From Parcubacteria group bacterium (lineage in GTDB: Bacteria; Patescibacteriota; Minisyncoccia; Phycocordibacterales; UBA2135): 64,000 nucleotides of DNA. The position numbers and the translations under genes are program-made. Every line of letters starts with the position of its first letter. Positions within the stretch are counted from its first letter, which is position 1. The notes beneath the pieces were generated by a model. It saw only the letters and a program-made list of their open reading frames with translations. It was not told the DNA's origin and made no database searches. Where the stretch lies: NCBI GenBank assembly GCA_016180525.1, contig JACPBB010000003.1, positions 38,395 to 102,394 of the forward strand, given 5' to 3'. Shown here piece by piece: positions 10,590 through 20,599 of the stretch.

Positions 10590-11438
10590 TTATTTTTTTG
10601 CCCGATACGCAAAAAAGGCAAAAATTCCGATAATAATAATTCCCCAGACTAATTCAGGAACAGTAGACAAGGCAGAAAATGCTTTTTGTGACCAGAGATT
10701 AAGAGATTTTCCGATATCTGCCTGTAACGATGGCGACCAAAATGCGTTTTCGGTAAATGCGAGTGTAAGAAGGACAATTCCCATAATAAGAAACACCACT
10801 TCAGCGAGCATATTTGTTGAGTGAATAAACATTATCTTAGAGCCAATTTTGATTTCTAATAATCTCCCCTTAATGAACGTGGAATTCTCAATTTGAAGCC
10901 GATCATAAAAATACGCGGCGATAAAAAGTGGGAATGTCATCCCAAACACATAGGCAAACGTTACAATAATAGCTTTCCAAAATGCGGCAGATACAACTGC
11001 AAGCGCCATGGCACCCGCTAACACCGGCGCACAGCATGAAGTCGCCGCTCCCGAAAACATACCGAGAAAAAATACCGATTTTGAATTCTGCATTCCCGCT
11101 GTTTTTAAGACACGCTTAGGCATTGGAACAAGTGACAATCCCTTGCCGCTTATTGAAAGCACGGAAAGCGTGAGCATGAATATGCCGCCCACAATATACA
11201 TTTCTTTGTGAAAATCGCGGAATATTTCGGCAAGCCATGCGGCGCCAAGACCAATCGGTACCAAAATTGCCGCAATGCCCGCAAAAAAGACCAGGGTCAT
11301 TTTCAGTATATGTTTCTTTTCACGAAACGCAGAGGCAAGGTAGGCTGGCAAAAGCACGGTAATACAGCATGGCGCAAACAAGGCAACCATACCCGCAAGA
11401 AACGCGGCAATAATTGACGCGGAAAAAATAATGTCCAT
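10590..11438 (-). CDS. DsbD/CcdA-like (DsbD_2 family) polytopic membrane protein
   Basis: Cys pairs inside TM segments, 'ALFAPCCITVLLP' and 'AATSCCAPVLAGA'; 8-9 TM helices. Confidence 0.5.
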   Translation of the reverse strand: MDIIFSASIIAAFLAGMVALFAPCCITVLLPAYLASAFREKKHILKMTLVFFAGIAAILVPIGLGAAWLAEIFRDFHKEMYIVGGIFMLTLSVLSISGKGLSLVPMPKRVLKTAGMQNSKSVFFLGMFSGAATSCCAPVLAGAMALAVVSAAFWKAIIVTFAYVFGMTFPLFIAAYFYDRLQIENSTFIKGRLLEIKIGSKIMFIHSTNMLAEVVFLIMGIVLLTLAFTENAFWSPSLQADIGKSLNLWSQKAFSALSTVPELVWGIIIIGIFAFFAYRAKK

Positions 11439-11529
11439 AAGTCTTATGCAATTTTCAATTTCTAATTTTAAATTTTCAAATAATTAAATGAAAATGTATT
11501 CATTAAAAACTGAAAATTGTTTTTTGTTT

Positions 11530-12078
11530 TTATCTAGTAACAAGTGCGGAGAAACGCAGTTCAATCGCCGGCGATATCTGAGAATCGGTTTCAAGATAAA
11601 TTACGCGCTCCGCAAGACCAACGCCAGATGGCCCATGCGCATTTGGGTCAAATATCGCTTCAACAGTAATTGATTCACCCGCGGGAACTGTTATATTAGC
11701 AATCGAAGAGCCGTGCCCTGGCATGCTAAATGTGCCTAATTTTTTTCCAGATATGTCTATAATAGAAGCCGTCGTACACATGCATGAGGTGTACACCTGT
11801 TTAATAAGAATTGTTTCTGTTTCTTCATTTTTGATTTTAAACGCGTGAGATACTACACCATTGCGCATTGATATCACTCCAAAATCAAAATATGTATCTT
11901 CGGCATTTAAAACCGACGATGTCGCCTGCGTGACGTTTACATTTTCCTTTACTTCAATGTTCCACGCAGATCCTAAAAATACGCCAATAATGATAATAAT
12001 AGTGATAATAAAAATATTCATAGATGAAAAAATTAAAAAAAACCCCTTATAAAGGAGAGTGGGAGACGCACAACACAA
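11530..12078 (-). CDS. DUF1573-domain protein (secreted/anchored)
   Basis: 'YTSCMCT' matches the conserved S-C-x-C-T core of DUF1573. The likely true start is internal (MNIFIITIII..., about 12021). The soluble domain is beta-rich. Confidence 0.45.
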   Translation of the reverse strand: MCCASPTLLYKGFFLIFSSMNIFIITIIIIIGVFLGSAWNIEVKENVNVTQATSSVLNAEDTYFDFGVISMRNGVVSHAFKIKNEETETILIKQVYTSCMCTTASIIDISGKKLGTFSMPGHGSSIANITVPAGESITVEAIFDPNAHGPSGVGLAERVIYLETDSQISPAIELRFSALVTR

Positions 12079-12114
12079 AAAGTATTCGACTAAAATCTTT
12101 TCATATGGGCGTCT

Positions 12115-12528
12115 CTAAAAAATAGTGGGACTGTGTTCGCGAAGAGCAAGCCAATACAAAAACATACTTACCGGCCCCAACACAAATACTTTTAAGAAAT
12201 AAACAAAAAGGGAATATAAGGTAGGAGTTCGTAATTGATGATACCTACCATTCCATATCCGTATAGTAATGACTAATATTAATAAAGCAGCCAGAAAAAT
12301 GAGTATTGAAAAACTTTTATATATTAATGCGTATGAGAAATTTTTCCACGCATTTATGTGAAAATTTATAAATGAAAGTGTTTCTACATTATCAGGACAT
12401 GTAACACCCAAAACAGAAATGGCAAGACATTCTGCGTGTGTTGATGAAGAAGCATGGCCCATAGCTAAAAATCCAACACCGGAAATTCCGATAAATGCGA
12501 TAAGCAAGAGAAAAATGCAAAATTTCAT
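12115..12528 (-). CDS. Hypothetical membrane protein
   Basis: 137 aa, about 3 TM helices, no motif. Confidence 0.3.
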   Translation of the reverse strand: MKFCIFLLLIAFIGISGVGFLAMGHASSSTHAECLAISVLGVTCPDNVETLSFINFHINAWKNFSYALIYKSFSILIFLAALLILVITIRIWNGRYHQLRTPTLYSLFVYFLKVFVLGPVSMFLYWLALREHSPTIF

Positions 12529-12575
12529 TATAGTAGCAGTGTATCAATGGTACGATAAAAAAGAAAGGGGCGGGG

Positions 12576-13337
12576 TTAAGACGCGAGCCAGCCGCCGTCT
12601 ACATAGAGTGTCGCCCCAGTTACATAGCTTGCCTCGTCTGAAGCGAGAAACACAATAGCAGCGGAAACCTCCTCTGGCTTGCCGATTCGTTTAAGAGGTA
12701 TGGTGGCTATCATTGCATCTAGCGCTTCCTTTGACATTTCTGCCGCGGTAACCATCGGAGTGTCAATGGCTCCCGGCCCGATCGCATTCACGGTAATACC
12801 AAGCGGTGCCCATTCAATTGCTAATGTTTCCGTCATTCCTATAATTCCACCTTTTGATGCCGTGTAGTGAGCGGCGCCCATAAAGCCAACCCCAACGCCA
12901 CCTGAGGCAATTGAGGTAATGTTTATAATTCTCCCCCATTTATTTTTTGCCATTTCTTTAGCGGCTCTCTGCGCGCAGAGAAACTGACCTTTGAGATTTA
13001 TATTAATCGTTTTATCCCATTCCGCTTCAGTCATCTCTAGCGCAGGCATAGGAGTAAAAATACCAGCGTTATTTACAAGAATATCTAGCCGCCCAAATGT
13101 TTTTATAACCTCATCAAAAACAGAATTAACTTCCGCGCTATTTGAAACATCCATTTTAAAACACGCGGCTTCTCCACCATTTGATTTTATTTCCTCTACT
13201 ACGATGGCACATTCTCCAGCATCAATGTCGGTTACCACGACTTTCGCGCCCTGCTTTGCAAGCGCGAGGGCGTGTGCCTTCCCCATCCCCCTACGAGCGC
13301 CCGTTATAAGAGCCACTTTGTCTTTAAGATTAAACAT
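12576..13337 (-). CDS. Short-chain dehydrogenase/reductase (FabG-like 3-oxoacyl reductase family)
   Basis: 'VALITGARRGMGKA' Rossmann motif (T-G-x-x-x-G-x-G) and catalytic 'YTASKGGIIGMTETLA' (Y-x-x-x-K); 253 aa. Confidence 0.8.
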   Translation of the reverse strand: MFNLKDKVALITGARRGMGKAHALALAKQGAKVVVTDIDAGECAIVVEEIKSNGGEAACFKMDVSNSAEVNSVFDEVIKTFGRLDILVNNAGIFTPMPALEMTEAEWDKTININLKGQFLCAQRAAKEMAKNKWGRIINITSIASGGVGVGFMGAAHYTASKGGIIGMTETLAIEWAPLGITVNAIGPGAIDTPMVTAAEMSKEALDAMIATIPLKRIGKPEEVSAAIVFLASDEASYVTGATLYVDGGWLAS

Positions 13338-13419
13338 ATCTATTATTGTATCATTTTTTCTGAGTGTTTGAGAAAAAACAATCTTTTAGAGTTTTAATAA
13401 TATGAATAGGACAGTGAAA

Positions 13420-13448
13420 AGGCCCGCGCATTGCTGCTGCGGGCTTTA
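13420..13448 (-). terminator. Rho-independent terminator candidate for the LysM/RlpA-like gene
   Basis: GC-rich hairpin gcccgcg...cgcgggc overlapping the stop, followed on the minus strand by cttttc. Confidence 0.35.
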
Positions 13449-14207
13449 TTTATAAATCTGTACCTGTGTCGGCAGGCAGGCAATTAGATACTGAAGACGT
13501 ACCACTCCTTTATCCTTGATACCAAGCTCTTTTGCCGCAGCGTATGAAAGATCAAACTCTCGACCTTTGATATATGGACCGCGGTCACGAACTTCCGTTT
13601 CTATTACTTTTCCATTGTGTGGATTTTTAAAAAGAACCTTTGTTCCAAACGGAAGTTTTTTGTGCGCGACCGTCTCGGGGTCGTGCATGTCATAGATATC
13701 TCTGTTTGACATGCGTTTCCCGTGAAAACCTGGCCCATACCAGCTGACTTTCGCTATTGTCGGCTGAATACGTACGATAAATTGGTCTCCGATCGCAATA
13801 ATATTTTTTCGCGCGGGATGAATACCATTTCGCTCTACGATGTCCGCTACCGTATCACCATATCGCCTTGCAATGATATGCAAATTCTCTCCTCGTTTTA
13901 CTGTATGCACAGCTTCAATGACAGCGTTGTGAACATTATCCCATTCATCAATATTTATACATTGAGAAACTATTTTGCCCCACACCTGCGGAGCAAATAG
14001 GAAGACAACAAGTCCTGCTCCAAGTGCTCGCAGTATCTTTTTCATTAAGATTCTCCCAGGTTTTGTTTGCTGTGCCCAGATTTCGACTTCGGGTCTCCGC
14101 AAATAGTTGTCCGCAAGAACGCTGCGCCCATTATACATTATGTTTTTTATTTGTCCAGTAAAAATGCCGGCGCGCGATACAAAAGAAAAACCCGGCCTGC
14201 ATAACAA
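13446..14207 (-). CDS. LysM domain + RlpA-like double-psi beta-barrel (lytic transglycosylase-like) cell-wall protein
   Basis: LysM 'HTVKRGENLHIIARRYGDTVADIVERNGI'; DPBB block 'VSWYGPGFHGKRMSNRDIYDMHDPETVAHKKLPFGTKVLFKNPHNGKVIETEVRDRGPYIKGREFDLSYAAAKELG'. The likely start is the internal MKKILRALGAG (signal peptide). Confidence 0.6.
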   Translation of the reverse strand: MLCRPGFSFVSRAGIFTGQIKNIMYNGRSVLADNYLRRPEVEIWAQQTKPGRILMKKILRALGAGLVVFLFAPQVWGKIVSQCINIDEWDNVHNAVIEAVHTVKRGENLHIIARRYGDTVADIVERNGIHPARKNIIAIGDQFIVRIQPTIAKVSWYGPGFHGKRMSNRDIYDMHDPETVAHKKLPFGTKVLFKNPHNGKVIETEVRDRGPYIKGREFDLSYAAAKELGIKDKGVVRLQYLIACLPTQVQIYK

Positions 14208-14246
14208 AGTGCATTCCGGGCTACTGTAATCTTTATCAAAGAATCT

Positions 14247-16145
14247 TTATTTTTTTTCTCCAGAATGAGGGTTGAGAATCTTTTCGAGCATATCGGTTGG
14301 CATTGCCTTCATTCTTTGCTCCAAAGTCTCGCGACGAGCGAAATCATCTTCGTGTTTCTGCCGAAGCTTAGCCGCGCCCTCCACCGCTTTTTCATCAGAA
14401 GATTTCTTGAGCGGAAGCGAAAGGTTGTCAAAATCAACAAGGGGAATAATGAGACCCGGTACTTTCACAAATGTAAATTGCACAATATCCCCTGCTCTCG
14501 TAATGGTCACTTCAGGATGCTCGGTAGAACTAACCGTATACAGATGCGCTGGATCTTTATCAACATACATGTTGTACACAGCGCCCCCGCCAGAGAGCGG
14601 CTCTGACGCAATACGTACCACAGTTGCCTTCATGGTTTCCTTTTGAGAAGCTCCAGACAGAGCGATCTGTTGGCCGTGTGCGCCAAGAATTCTCTCGTAT
14701 TTTCTAAGTGCTTCATACTGGTCAGCACCAACAGCAATATTCTGGACATTGGTGACTTCAACCAGCGCAACTCCTTGATATAGTTTTTCAGCGTTCAAAA
14801 GCGGTACAACAAATGTCGGTTTTCCAAACACGTTATAAATCTGCGGCACCGTACCGTGCAGATGTTTAAATTGTACTTCACTGTTGGAATTCACCGCGGC
14901 AATGGCTCCTGCATCGGTGGACCCTCCCTTCATGGCATAGGAGACACTCTTACCCGTACGGGCATTTGTGTACACAACTCCAATGAGCGATTGATCTTTT
15001 TCATTAGAAGACGTAATGCCCGTAACCCACTCCGGTTCCCCCTTCTCACTGTAAATAAGAATCGCGGATTCCGGCTCAGTGAGTTCCAATTTCGCCCACC
15101 ACGAGTTAAGCCATCCTTTACGGTACGAACCATTCCACGTTAGATACCGCTCCACAAAGTTTGCCGGTATTACCCGATCAACCCATTGCGGCACTTCACC
15201 GTATTTATGGAATACGATTTCACCGGATGCAGGATTAACCTGCACAATACCTTTTATTTTTTCCCCGGACCACCAGATGGTCGGTTCATACACTGTGGCA
15301 ATCCACCACGGCTGTCCCTTCTCATCAATTTCAAAATTAAAACTGGTAAGTCCCACGTTAAGGAAGCCGTTTCCCTGAAGGTGACGTTTCAGATTTGAGC
15401 CGAACCACGCACCGGGCGAAAAACGCATTTTCTTTCCGTCAGTGAACGAGATGAGCTCTGGGTCCTTGCGGGGATCTTCGGCATACACCTTAATGTACCC
15501 GGGTACGCCAACGGTGTTAAGCCACGGACGAAAGCCGGCATAATCAAGAGGAACAATGTACATAAGCTCACCGCCAATCAACTGAAGCGTCGCATACTCT
15601 GCGGCAAGTTCAAACTGACTACCAATGGCACCAAGCTGACCAACCTGGCGCTTTGCCTGCGCAAGCGCGTTAGTCGTTGAGACCATTCGCATATGCCTCG
15701 GGTCTTTTGGCTGAATATCTTGAGTCCATACCCTCTCTTCCGGATGAATAAACGAAGCATACGTAGATGCCCAAAAAGCAGACCAACCAGCAACATGCGT
15801 CCCAAACCAGACGATTAAGAGTAGCGCCGCGATAACCCAATTAAGCAATCGAACCGAACGACTATCACCTTCATTGCGTGAATCATTTTGAGTTAACACT
15901 GTATCTAGCGCACTACTTGCTACAAGCCACAGAATCGCCATGAAGCCGAAATAACCAAAGAGCGGCCAGACAGTAGAGAACATTTTGCCATACGCTATCC
16001 ACCATGTAACGAAAACAGCGGCAGCCCCCAATACAACACTTGAACCAAATCTCTTCCTCAATAAAAGCGGTATGATGCCTATGAGTACGCTTCCGAGTGA
16101 CGGTAGAAGATAAACCATTCGGTGTCCTCCGATTGTTATTTGCAA
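14247..16145 (-). CDS. Large membrane protein (N-terminal about 6 TM, about 450-aa extracytoplasmic domain), hypothetical
   Basis: 632-aa ORF with locally elevated GC (about 47%) relative to its neighbours; no catalytic motif recognised. Confidence 0.4.
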   Translation of the reverse strand: MQITIGGHRMVYLLPSLGSVLIGIIPLLLRKRFGSSVVLGAAAVFVTWWIAYGKMFSTVWPLFGYFGFMAILWLVASSALDTVLTQNDSRNEGDSRSVRLLNWVIAALLLIVWFGTHVAGWSAFWASTYASFIHPEERVWTQDIQPKDPRHMRMVSTTNALAQAKRQVGQLGAIGSQFELAAEYATLQLIGGELMYIVPLDYAGFRPWLNTVGVPGYIKVYAEDPRKDPELISFTDGKKMRFSPGAWFGSNLKRHLQGNGFLNVGLTSFNFEIDEKGQPWWIATVYEPTIWWSGEKIKGIVQVNPASGEIVFHKYGEVPQWVDRVIPANFVERYLTWNGSYRKGWLNSWWAKLELTEPESAILIYSEKGEPEWVTGITSSNEKDQSLIGVVYTNARTGKSVSYAMKGGSTDAGAIAAVNSNSEVQFKHLHGTVPQIYNVFGKPTFVVPLLNAEKLYQGVALVEVTNVQNIAVGADQYEALRKYERILGAHGQQIALSGASQKETMKATVVRIASEPLSGGGAVYNMYVDKDPAHLYTVSSTEHPEVTITRAGDIVQFTFVKVPGLIIPLVDFDNLSLPLKKSSDEKAVEGAAKLRQKHEDDFARRETLEQRMKAMPTDMLEKILNPHSGEKK

Positions 16146-16170
16146 AGGCCAAGACGCCCTTGACTAAATT

Positions 16171-16198
16171 CATAATACTTAAAAATAGTTTTTTGTCA
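16171..16198 (-). promoter_or_regulatory. Sigma70-like promoter candidate upstream of 14247..16145
   Basis: Minus strand reads TTGACA-N16-TATTAT, then GGAGGA 7 nt before the ATG. Confidence 0.3.
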
Positions 16199-16220
16199 AG
16201 AGTGTGTCTGTACGAATAAT

Positions 16221-17465
16221 TTATTCATATCGCAGAGCTTCAATGGGGCTTTTTCGCGCGGCAATACGAGCGGGATAGATTCCAAATATAAGGCCAACGA
16301 CTGCTGACATTGAAATACCAAGAAATACCGCCATGAGTGGAAATGAAAAAACCCATTTAAGCTCAAGAACTTGCGTAAGCAAAATAGAGGCGAGAAGCGA
16401 AAGCACTCCTCCAAGAACAATGCCGATGATACCGCCAAACGCTGTTAAAATAACGGCTTCAAACAAAAATTGCCGCAGTATGTCTTTTTCCGTCGCGCCG
16501 ATCGCCTTGCGCAATCCGATTTCTTTTGTCCGTTCAGTAACAGAGACAAGCATGATGTTCATCACCCCAATACCCCCAACAACAAGTGCGATTGCGACAA
16601 CGGAAGAAAGGAATGCGGTGAGTGCTCCCAATATTGTTTGTACCTGCTTTACTACTCCCTGTTGTGTCACCAAAAAGAAATCATCATCCTTTGAATTTTC
16701 AATACTGTGACTTTCACGGAGCGTTCGCTCAATGTCAGCGACAGAACGAGCGACAAACTCAGGTCCTTCTGTTTTGATAATAATTTCATGAAAATAATCT
16801 ATTCCTAAAAGATAGAGTTGCGCTGTCGTATACGGCACGATGACAATTTCGTCAAAATTAAAAAATGCTGCCTGCCCTTTCGGCTCCAGCACACCTATAA
16901 CACGAAACTTACGATCTTTAATTTTTATAAACTCACCAACCGCATCTCCTCCTCCGAATAATTCTTGTACAACCTTTGAGCCGATAATCGCGACAGAAGC
17001 GTTTTGATTGATTTCAGTTTCAGTAAAAGCCGTGCCCTTTGTAACATAAACATTAAAAGTAGCACTCATGATTTCGAATGAACCTCCCATAATGGTAGGT
17101 CGGTATGTCTCTCCTTCATAAGAAACACTCCCGGGCACAAGAAGCGCAGGCATGATTTCTCTAAGATACGGGACGTTTCCTTTCCGTTTCAGTGCCTCTA
17201 AATCTTTCCTCTTCAAAGAGTCCGCAAACAATGTCTCTCCTAAATCAGATGGTCCCGTTGGTTCTTTTCCCGGTCGCACGACAATAGTTTCGGCCCCGAG
17301 CCCACCTATTTCATTTAAAATGAGCTGCTCTGCACCGTTGCCGATTGACATCATTAGAATAATAGCCGTGATGCCGATCACAATTCCTAAAATAGTGAGC
17401 CCTGAGCGGGACTTGTGAGTCTTAAGCCCGCCAAGCGCTGTGATAAAGCTGTCTTTGAGAGTCAT
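16221..17465 (-). CDS. ABC transporter permease, MacB/FtsX family
   Basis: N-terminal TM, large periplasmic domain, C-terminal FtsX-type 3-TM bundle; 'MTLKDSFITALGGLKTHKSRSGLTILGIVIGI' is the typical MacB N-terminus. Confidence 0.8.
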   Translation of the reverse strand: MTLKDSFITALGGLKTHKSRSGLTILGIVIGITAIILMMSIGNGAEQLILNEIGGLGAETIVVRPGKEPTGPSDLGETLFADSLKRKDLEALKRKGNVPYLREIMPALLVPGSVSYEGETYRPTIMGGSFEIMSATFNVYVTKGTAFTETEINQNASVAIIGSKVVQELFGGGDAVGEFIKIKDRKFRVIGVLEPKGQAAFFNFDEIVIVPYTTAQLYLLGIDYFHEIIIKTEGPEFVARSVADIERTLRESHSIENSKDDDFFLVTQQGVVKQVQTILGALTAFLSSVVAIALVVGGIGVMNIMLVSVTERTKEIGLRKAIGATEKDILRQFLFEAVILTAFGGIIGIVLGGVLSLLASILLTQVLELKWVFSFPLMAVFLGISMSAVVGLIFGIYPARIAARKSPIEALRYE

Positions 17466-17467
17466 AG

Positions 17468-18187
17468 TTATTTACTAAATTTTTCTCGAGCATTATGACG
17501 ATGATGCACTTTTACGTCGCTCTCTATCGCTCCATCTTTAATTTTAATAATTCTCTCTGCGTGCTCTGCGGTATATGTCTCGTGAGTAATAAGAAAAATA
17601 GTGTGCCCTTCTTCTTCGTTTAATCTTTGAATAATTTCCATGATTTTTTTCCCAGACTCCGAATCAAGATTTCCCGTCGGCTCGTCCGCAAAAATAACAT
17701 TTGGCTTGTTGACAAGTGCTCGAGCGATCGCGACTCGCTGTTTTTCTCCACCAGAAAGTTGAGATGGTTCGTGATATATGCGATGGGAGAGCCCGACAGA
17801 CTCTATCGCTCTCCGCGCCACCTCTTCTCTTTTAGAATGTGGAACTAGAGAATAAAGAAGAGGCAGTTTCACATTTTCAAGTACCGTTGTTTTTGGTAAT
17901 AAATTAAATGATTGAAACACAAAACCCATTTTTTCGTTTCGTACGCACGCAAGTTCTTCATCCGTGTAATCATCAATTGTTTTGCCGTTAAATCGATATG
18001 TACCCCCCGAATGCCTGTCTAAAAAACCTAATATGTGCAGGAGCGTTGACTTACCGGAGCCGGAAGGCCCCATAATGGCGACAAACTCCCCTTCTTTTAC
18101 GGAAAAAGAAATATCCCGGAGCGCCGGGGTTTTCACTTCTCCGTCTTTGTATATTTTTTGCAAATCTGTTACTTCAATAAGTGGCAT
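17468..18187 (-). CDS. ABC transporter ATP-binding protein (MacB/LolD-type)
   Basis: Walker A 'GPSGSGKST', signature '[15 protein letters not shown]', Walker B '[11 protein letters not shown]'. Confidence 0.85.
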   Translation of the reverse strand: MPLIEVTDLQKIYKDGEVKTPALRDISFSVKEGEFVAIMGPSGSGKSTLLHILGFLDRHSGGTYRFNGKTIDDYTDEELACVRNEKMGFVFQSFNLLPKTTVLENVKLPLLYSLVPHSKREEVARRAIESVGLSHRIYHEPSQLSGGEKQRVAIARALVNKPNVIFADEPTGNLDSESGKKIMEIIQRLNEEEGHTIFLITHETYTAEHAERIIKIKDGAIESDVKVHHRHNAREKFSK

Positions 18188-18196
18188 GTGTAATTT

Positions 18197-19747
18197 CTAC
18201 TCTTCAATTAAAGTAACGACAACATCTCCTTCAATAAGTCCTTCCGTGATTTCTATATTACCGTCTGACCCTCGTAAACCTGTTTCAACAGAGACCTCTG
18301 TTGTAACTCCGTTTTTTAGAACTTGAACAAATTTTCCTCCATTTTTCCGTATCACCGCCCGTTGAGGAATAGTGATTACATCATTAAGACTCGCCGCTTG
18401 GATATCAACATTCGCAGTCATACCTGATTTAATTCGCGCGTCCTCTTCCTTAAAATGAATTATCGCTTTATACGTTGCAACGCCTTCAATAATTGTTTCT
18501 GCAGGCTCCAAACTTACGACAGATGCGATAAATACAGTATCTCTACCATATGCGTCAAGTGTTATGCGCGCGCCATTTCCAATAGTCACTTTCGCAATAT
18601 CCGCTTCAGGAATATTTGCTTCAATCTCAAATTGCGTCGCGGATATAAGCGAAACAATAGAGGTATTTGCCGCAACAATTTCTCCAACTTTTGCCTCTTG
18701 TTTTGTTACAACGCCCATAAACGGTGCGCGAATAATCGTTTTAGCAAGTTGAGCCTCAAAGTTAAGAGCCTGTGCCTCTGCCGACTCAAGCCTGGCTTCT
18801 TGCCCTTGTATTTCAAGAGGAGTATTCCCCGCTTTTTTAAGCGCAAGTTCCCGTTCTCCTATCAGGAGATTTGATTTCGCACCTCTCCATTTTTCTTCAG
18901 CAGCTGTTATGTTGCTAATTGCAGTGTTTGTATTTGTCCGAGCAGTAAATACATCAGACCTCCATCCATCAATCGTTGCCTGCGTAAGAGACGGGTTTGA
19001 GCTTAAGCCGCTTAGTATAAATCCTGCGTCATCAAGAAATAAAGAAATTTGATTTAAATTATTTTTTGCAAGAATAGATGCCTGGCTTAAGTCGCTTATA
19101 TCTGAGAGTTCGCTCACCGCACCCTGCCACGAAGCAAGAGTTTTTTCAATGAGTACTCTATTAAACTCTACATTTTGCGCAAGAGAAGTATTCGCGCTTG
19201 TAAATGAAAGCTCTGGATTTGCGCTTTTTGGATTATTAAAAAATTGGTCTGTTTTATTTCGTATCGCGTCATCCGCTTTTGTGTACGCGTCTTTAAGTTT
19301 ATCAACAAGATTTGTGCGGGCATCGGCAAGCGCCGCTTCATAGTTTTTTACTTTTGCTTCTTGGATTTCAATATCTTCCTGCCGCGTACCCTGTTTCATT
19401 TCAGTAAGCTTTACCGCTTCAGCTTTCATGTCCGCTTGTGCTTGTTTGAGTTGTGCCCGAAGATCCGCGTTTTCAAGAACGACAAGTGCTTCTCCATTAT
19501 TTACCTTTTCATCGATGTCCGCATATACGGCAGCTACTCGTCCACTTTTTTCAAACGCGAGATTAACGCTTTGAATCGGCCTTACCCGTCCGGTAACACT
19601 TACTTCCTGAACAAGCATGCCGCGAGCGACAGTCATTATCTCAAGCTCTTTAGATTTTTCTCTTCCAAAGACAAAATACCCGCCAACTAAAATAAGTGCA
19701 ATAGCAGCAATTGCAACAACGCTCCGAGGAATGTGAGAAATGCTCAT
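18197..19747 (-). CDS. Periplasmic adaptor (HlyD/MacA family membrane fusion protein) with long coiled-coil
   Basis: N-terminal TM anchor, long alpha-helical hairpin region, C-terminal beta-barrel-like segment. It forms an operon with the ABC ATPase and permease. Confidence 0.65.
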   Translation of the reverse strand: MSISHIPRSVVAIAAIALILVGGYFVFGREKSKELEIMTVARGMLVQEVSVTGRVRPIQSVNLAFEKSGRVAAVYADIDEKVNNGEALVVLENADLRAQLKQAQADMKAEAVKLTEMKQGTRQEDIEIQEAKVKNYEAALADARTNLVDKLKDAYTKADDAIRNKTDQFFNNPKSANPELSFTSANTSLAQNVEFNRVLIEKTLASWQGAVSELSDISDLSQASILAKNNLNQISLFLDDAGFILSGLSSNPSLTQATIDGWRSDVFTARTNTNTAISNITAAEEKWRGAKSNLLIGERELALKKAGNTPLEIQGQEARLESAEAQALNFEAQLAKTIIRAPFMGVVTKQEAKVGEIVAANTSIVSLISATQFEIEANIPEADIAKVTIGNGARITLDAYGRDTVFIASVVSLEPAETIIEGVATYKAIIHFKEEDARIKSGMTANVDIQAASLNDVITIPQRAVIRKNGGKFVQVLKNGVTTEVSVETGLRGSDGNIEITEGLIEGDVVVTLIEE

Positions 19748-19888
19748 GTGTATTAATTATATCAAAAAACACACTTCATTTGCAGCACACATTAGAGCAA
19801 TATTTTACCAAAATAATTACGCCCTCACTCACAAAACACGCATCGGACACAGTGCGCATGTTTAAAGTACAAAAAAGAGATTTGTATC

Positions 19889-20029
19889 TTACTTATTAAT
19901 TTGTTTCCAGAGCCAGACTGCGAGAAGCACGAGGTTGATGAATACGAGAAGCCATGTCAAAAATGACAAGGTTCCCAAACCTCCAAACGCTCCCCAGAGT
20001 CCCGCATTGCTCATTCCATATCCCATCAT
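19889..20029 (-). CDS. Small hydrophobic peptide (46 aa), hypothetical
   Basis: MMGYGMSNAGLWGAFGGLGTLSFLTWLLVFINLVLLAVWLWKQINK is Gly-rich then a single TM. It is not in the supplied ORF track (<60 aa) and has no clear SD. Confidence 0.25.
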   Translation of the reverse strand: MMGYGMSNAGLWGAFGGLGTLSFLTWLLVFINLVLLAVWLWKQINK

Positions 20030-20119
20030 ATGTATAATTATACCAGTTTATTAAAAAATGAAAAACACCCGTGTAAAACCTACACGAGTGTTATTATTTT
20101 AAGACTTCACTTAAATTAC

Positions 20120-20581
20120 TTAATTAAGTGGATGAAGTACGAGCGCAAGTTCCTTGACTTTTACTATCCGCACGCGAACACCCGGACCAATTTTATCGGT
20201 CGAAACATCATCTGCGAGTCGCGCCTGCCATCGCGTACCCGACCAATCAATCACCCCTTCATTTTTTGTCACTTCTTCGGTTGTTACCAACTCACGACCA
20301 ATCAAATCACTGCTTTTATCCTCTTGAATATTCGAGTTCTGAAATAACTCAAGTGGCCGTTTGCCTAAAAGCGCAATAACTAAACTAAGCGCCGCGCACA
20401 CAGCAAGTGTCTCTACAAAGCCTGGATTCCATCCAGTGAAATACAGAAGTCCGCTTGTTACAAGAGTTCCAACCGCAACAAACATGAGTGGAGAAAGTCC
20501 AACTACAAAAATATCAATACCGAGCAAGACAAGTCCTACAATGAAATAAAAGACAGCTGGATTGCTGATTACCATCTCCAT
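20120..20581 (-). CDS. NfeD-like membrane protein (short form, OB-fold C-terminus)
   Basis: 2-3 N-terminal TM helices plus a C-terminal beta domain; it lies immediately downstream of the SPFH gene, the classic NfeD-stomatin pairing. Confidence 0.6.
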   Translation of the reverse strand: MEMVISNPAVFYFIVGLVLLGIDIFVVGLSPLMFVAVGTLVTSGLLYFTGWNPGFVETLAVCAALSLVIALLGKRPLELFQNSNIQEDKSSDLIGRELVTTEEVTKNEGVIDWSGTRWQARLADDVSTDKIGPGVRVRIVKVKELALVLHPLN

Positions 20582-20599
20582 TGTTATCTCTCCCTGCCG

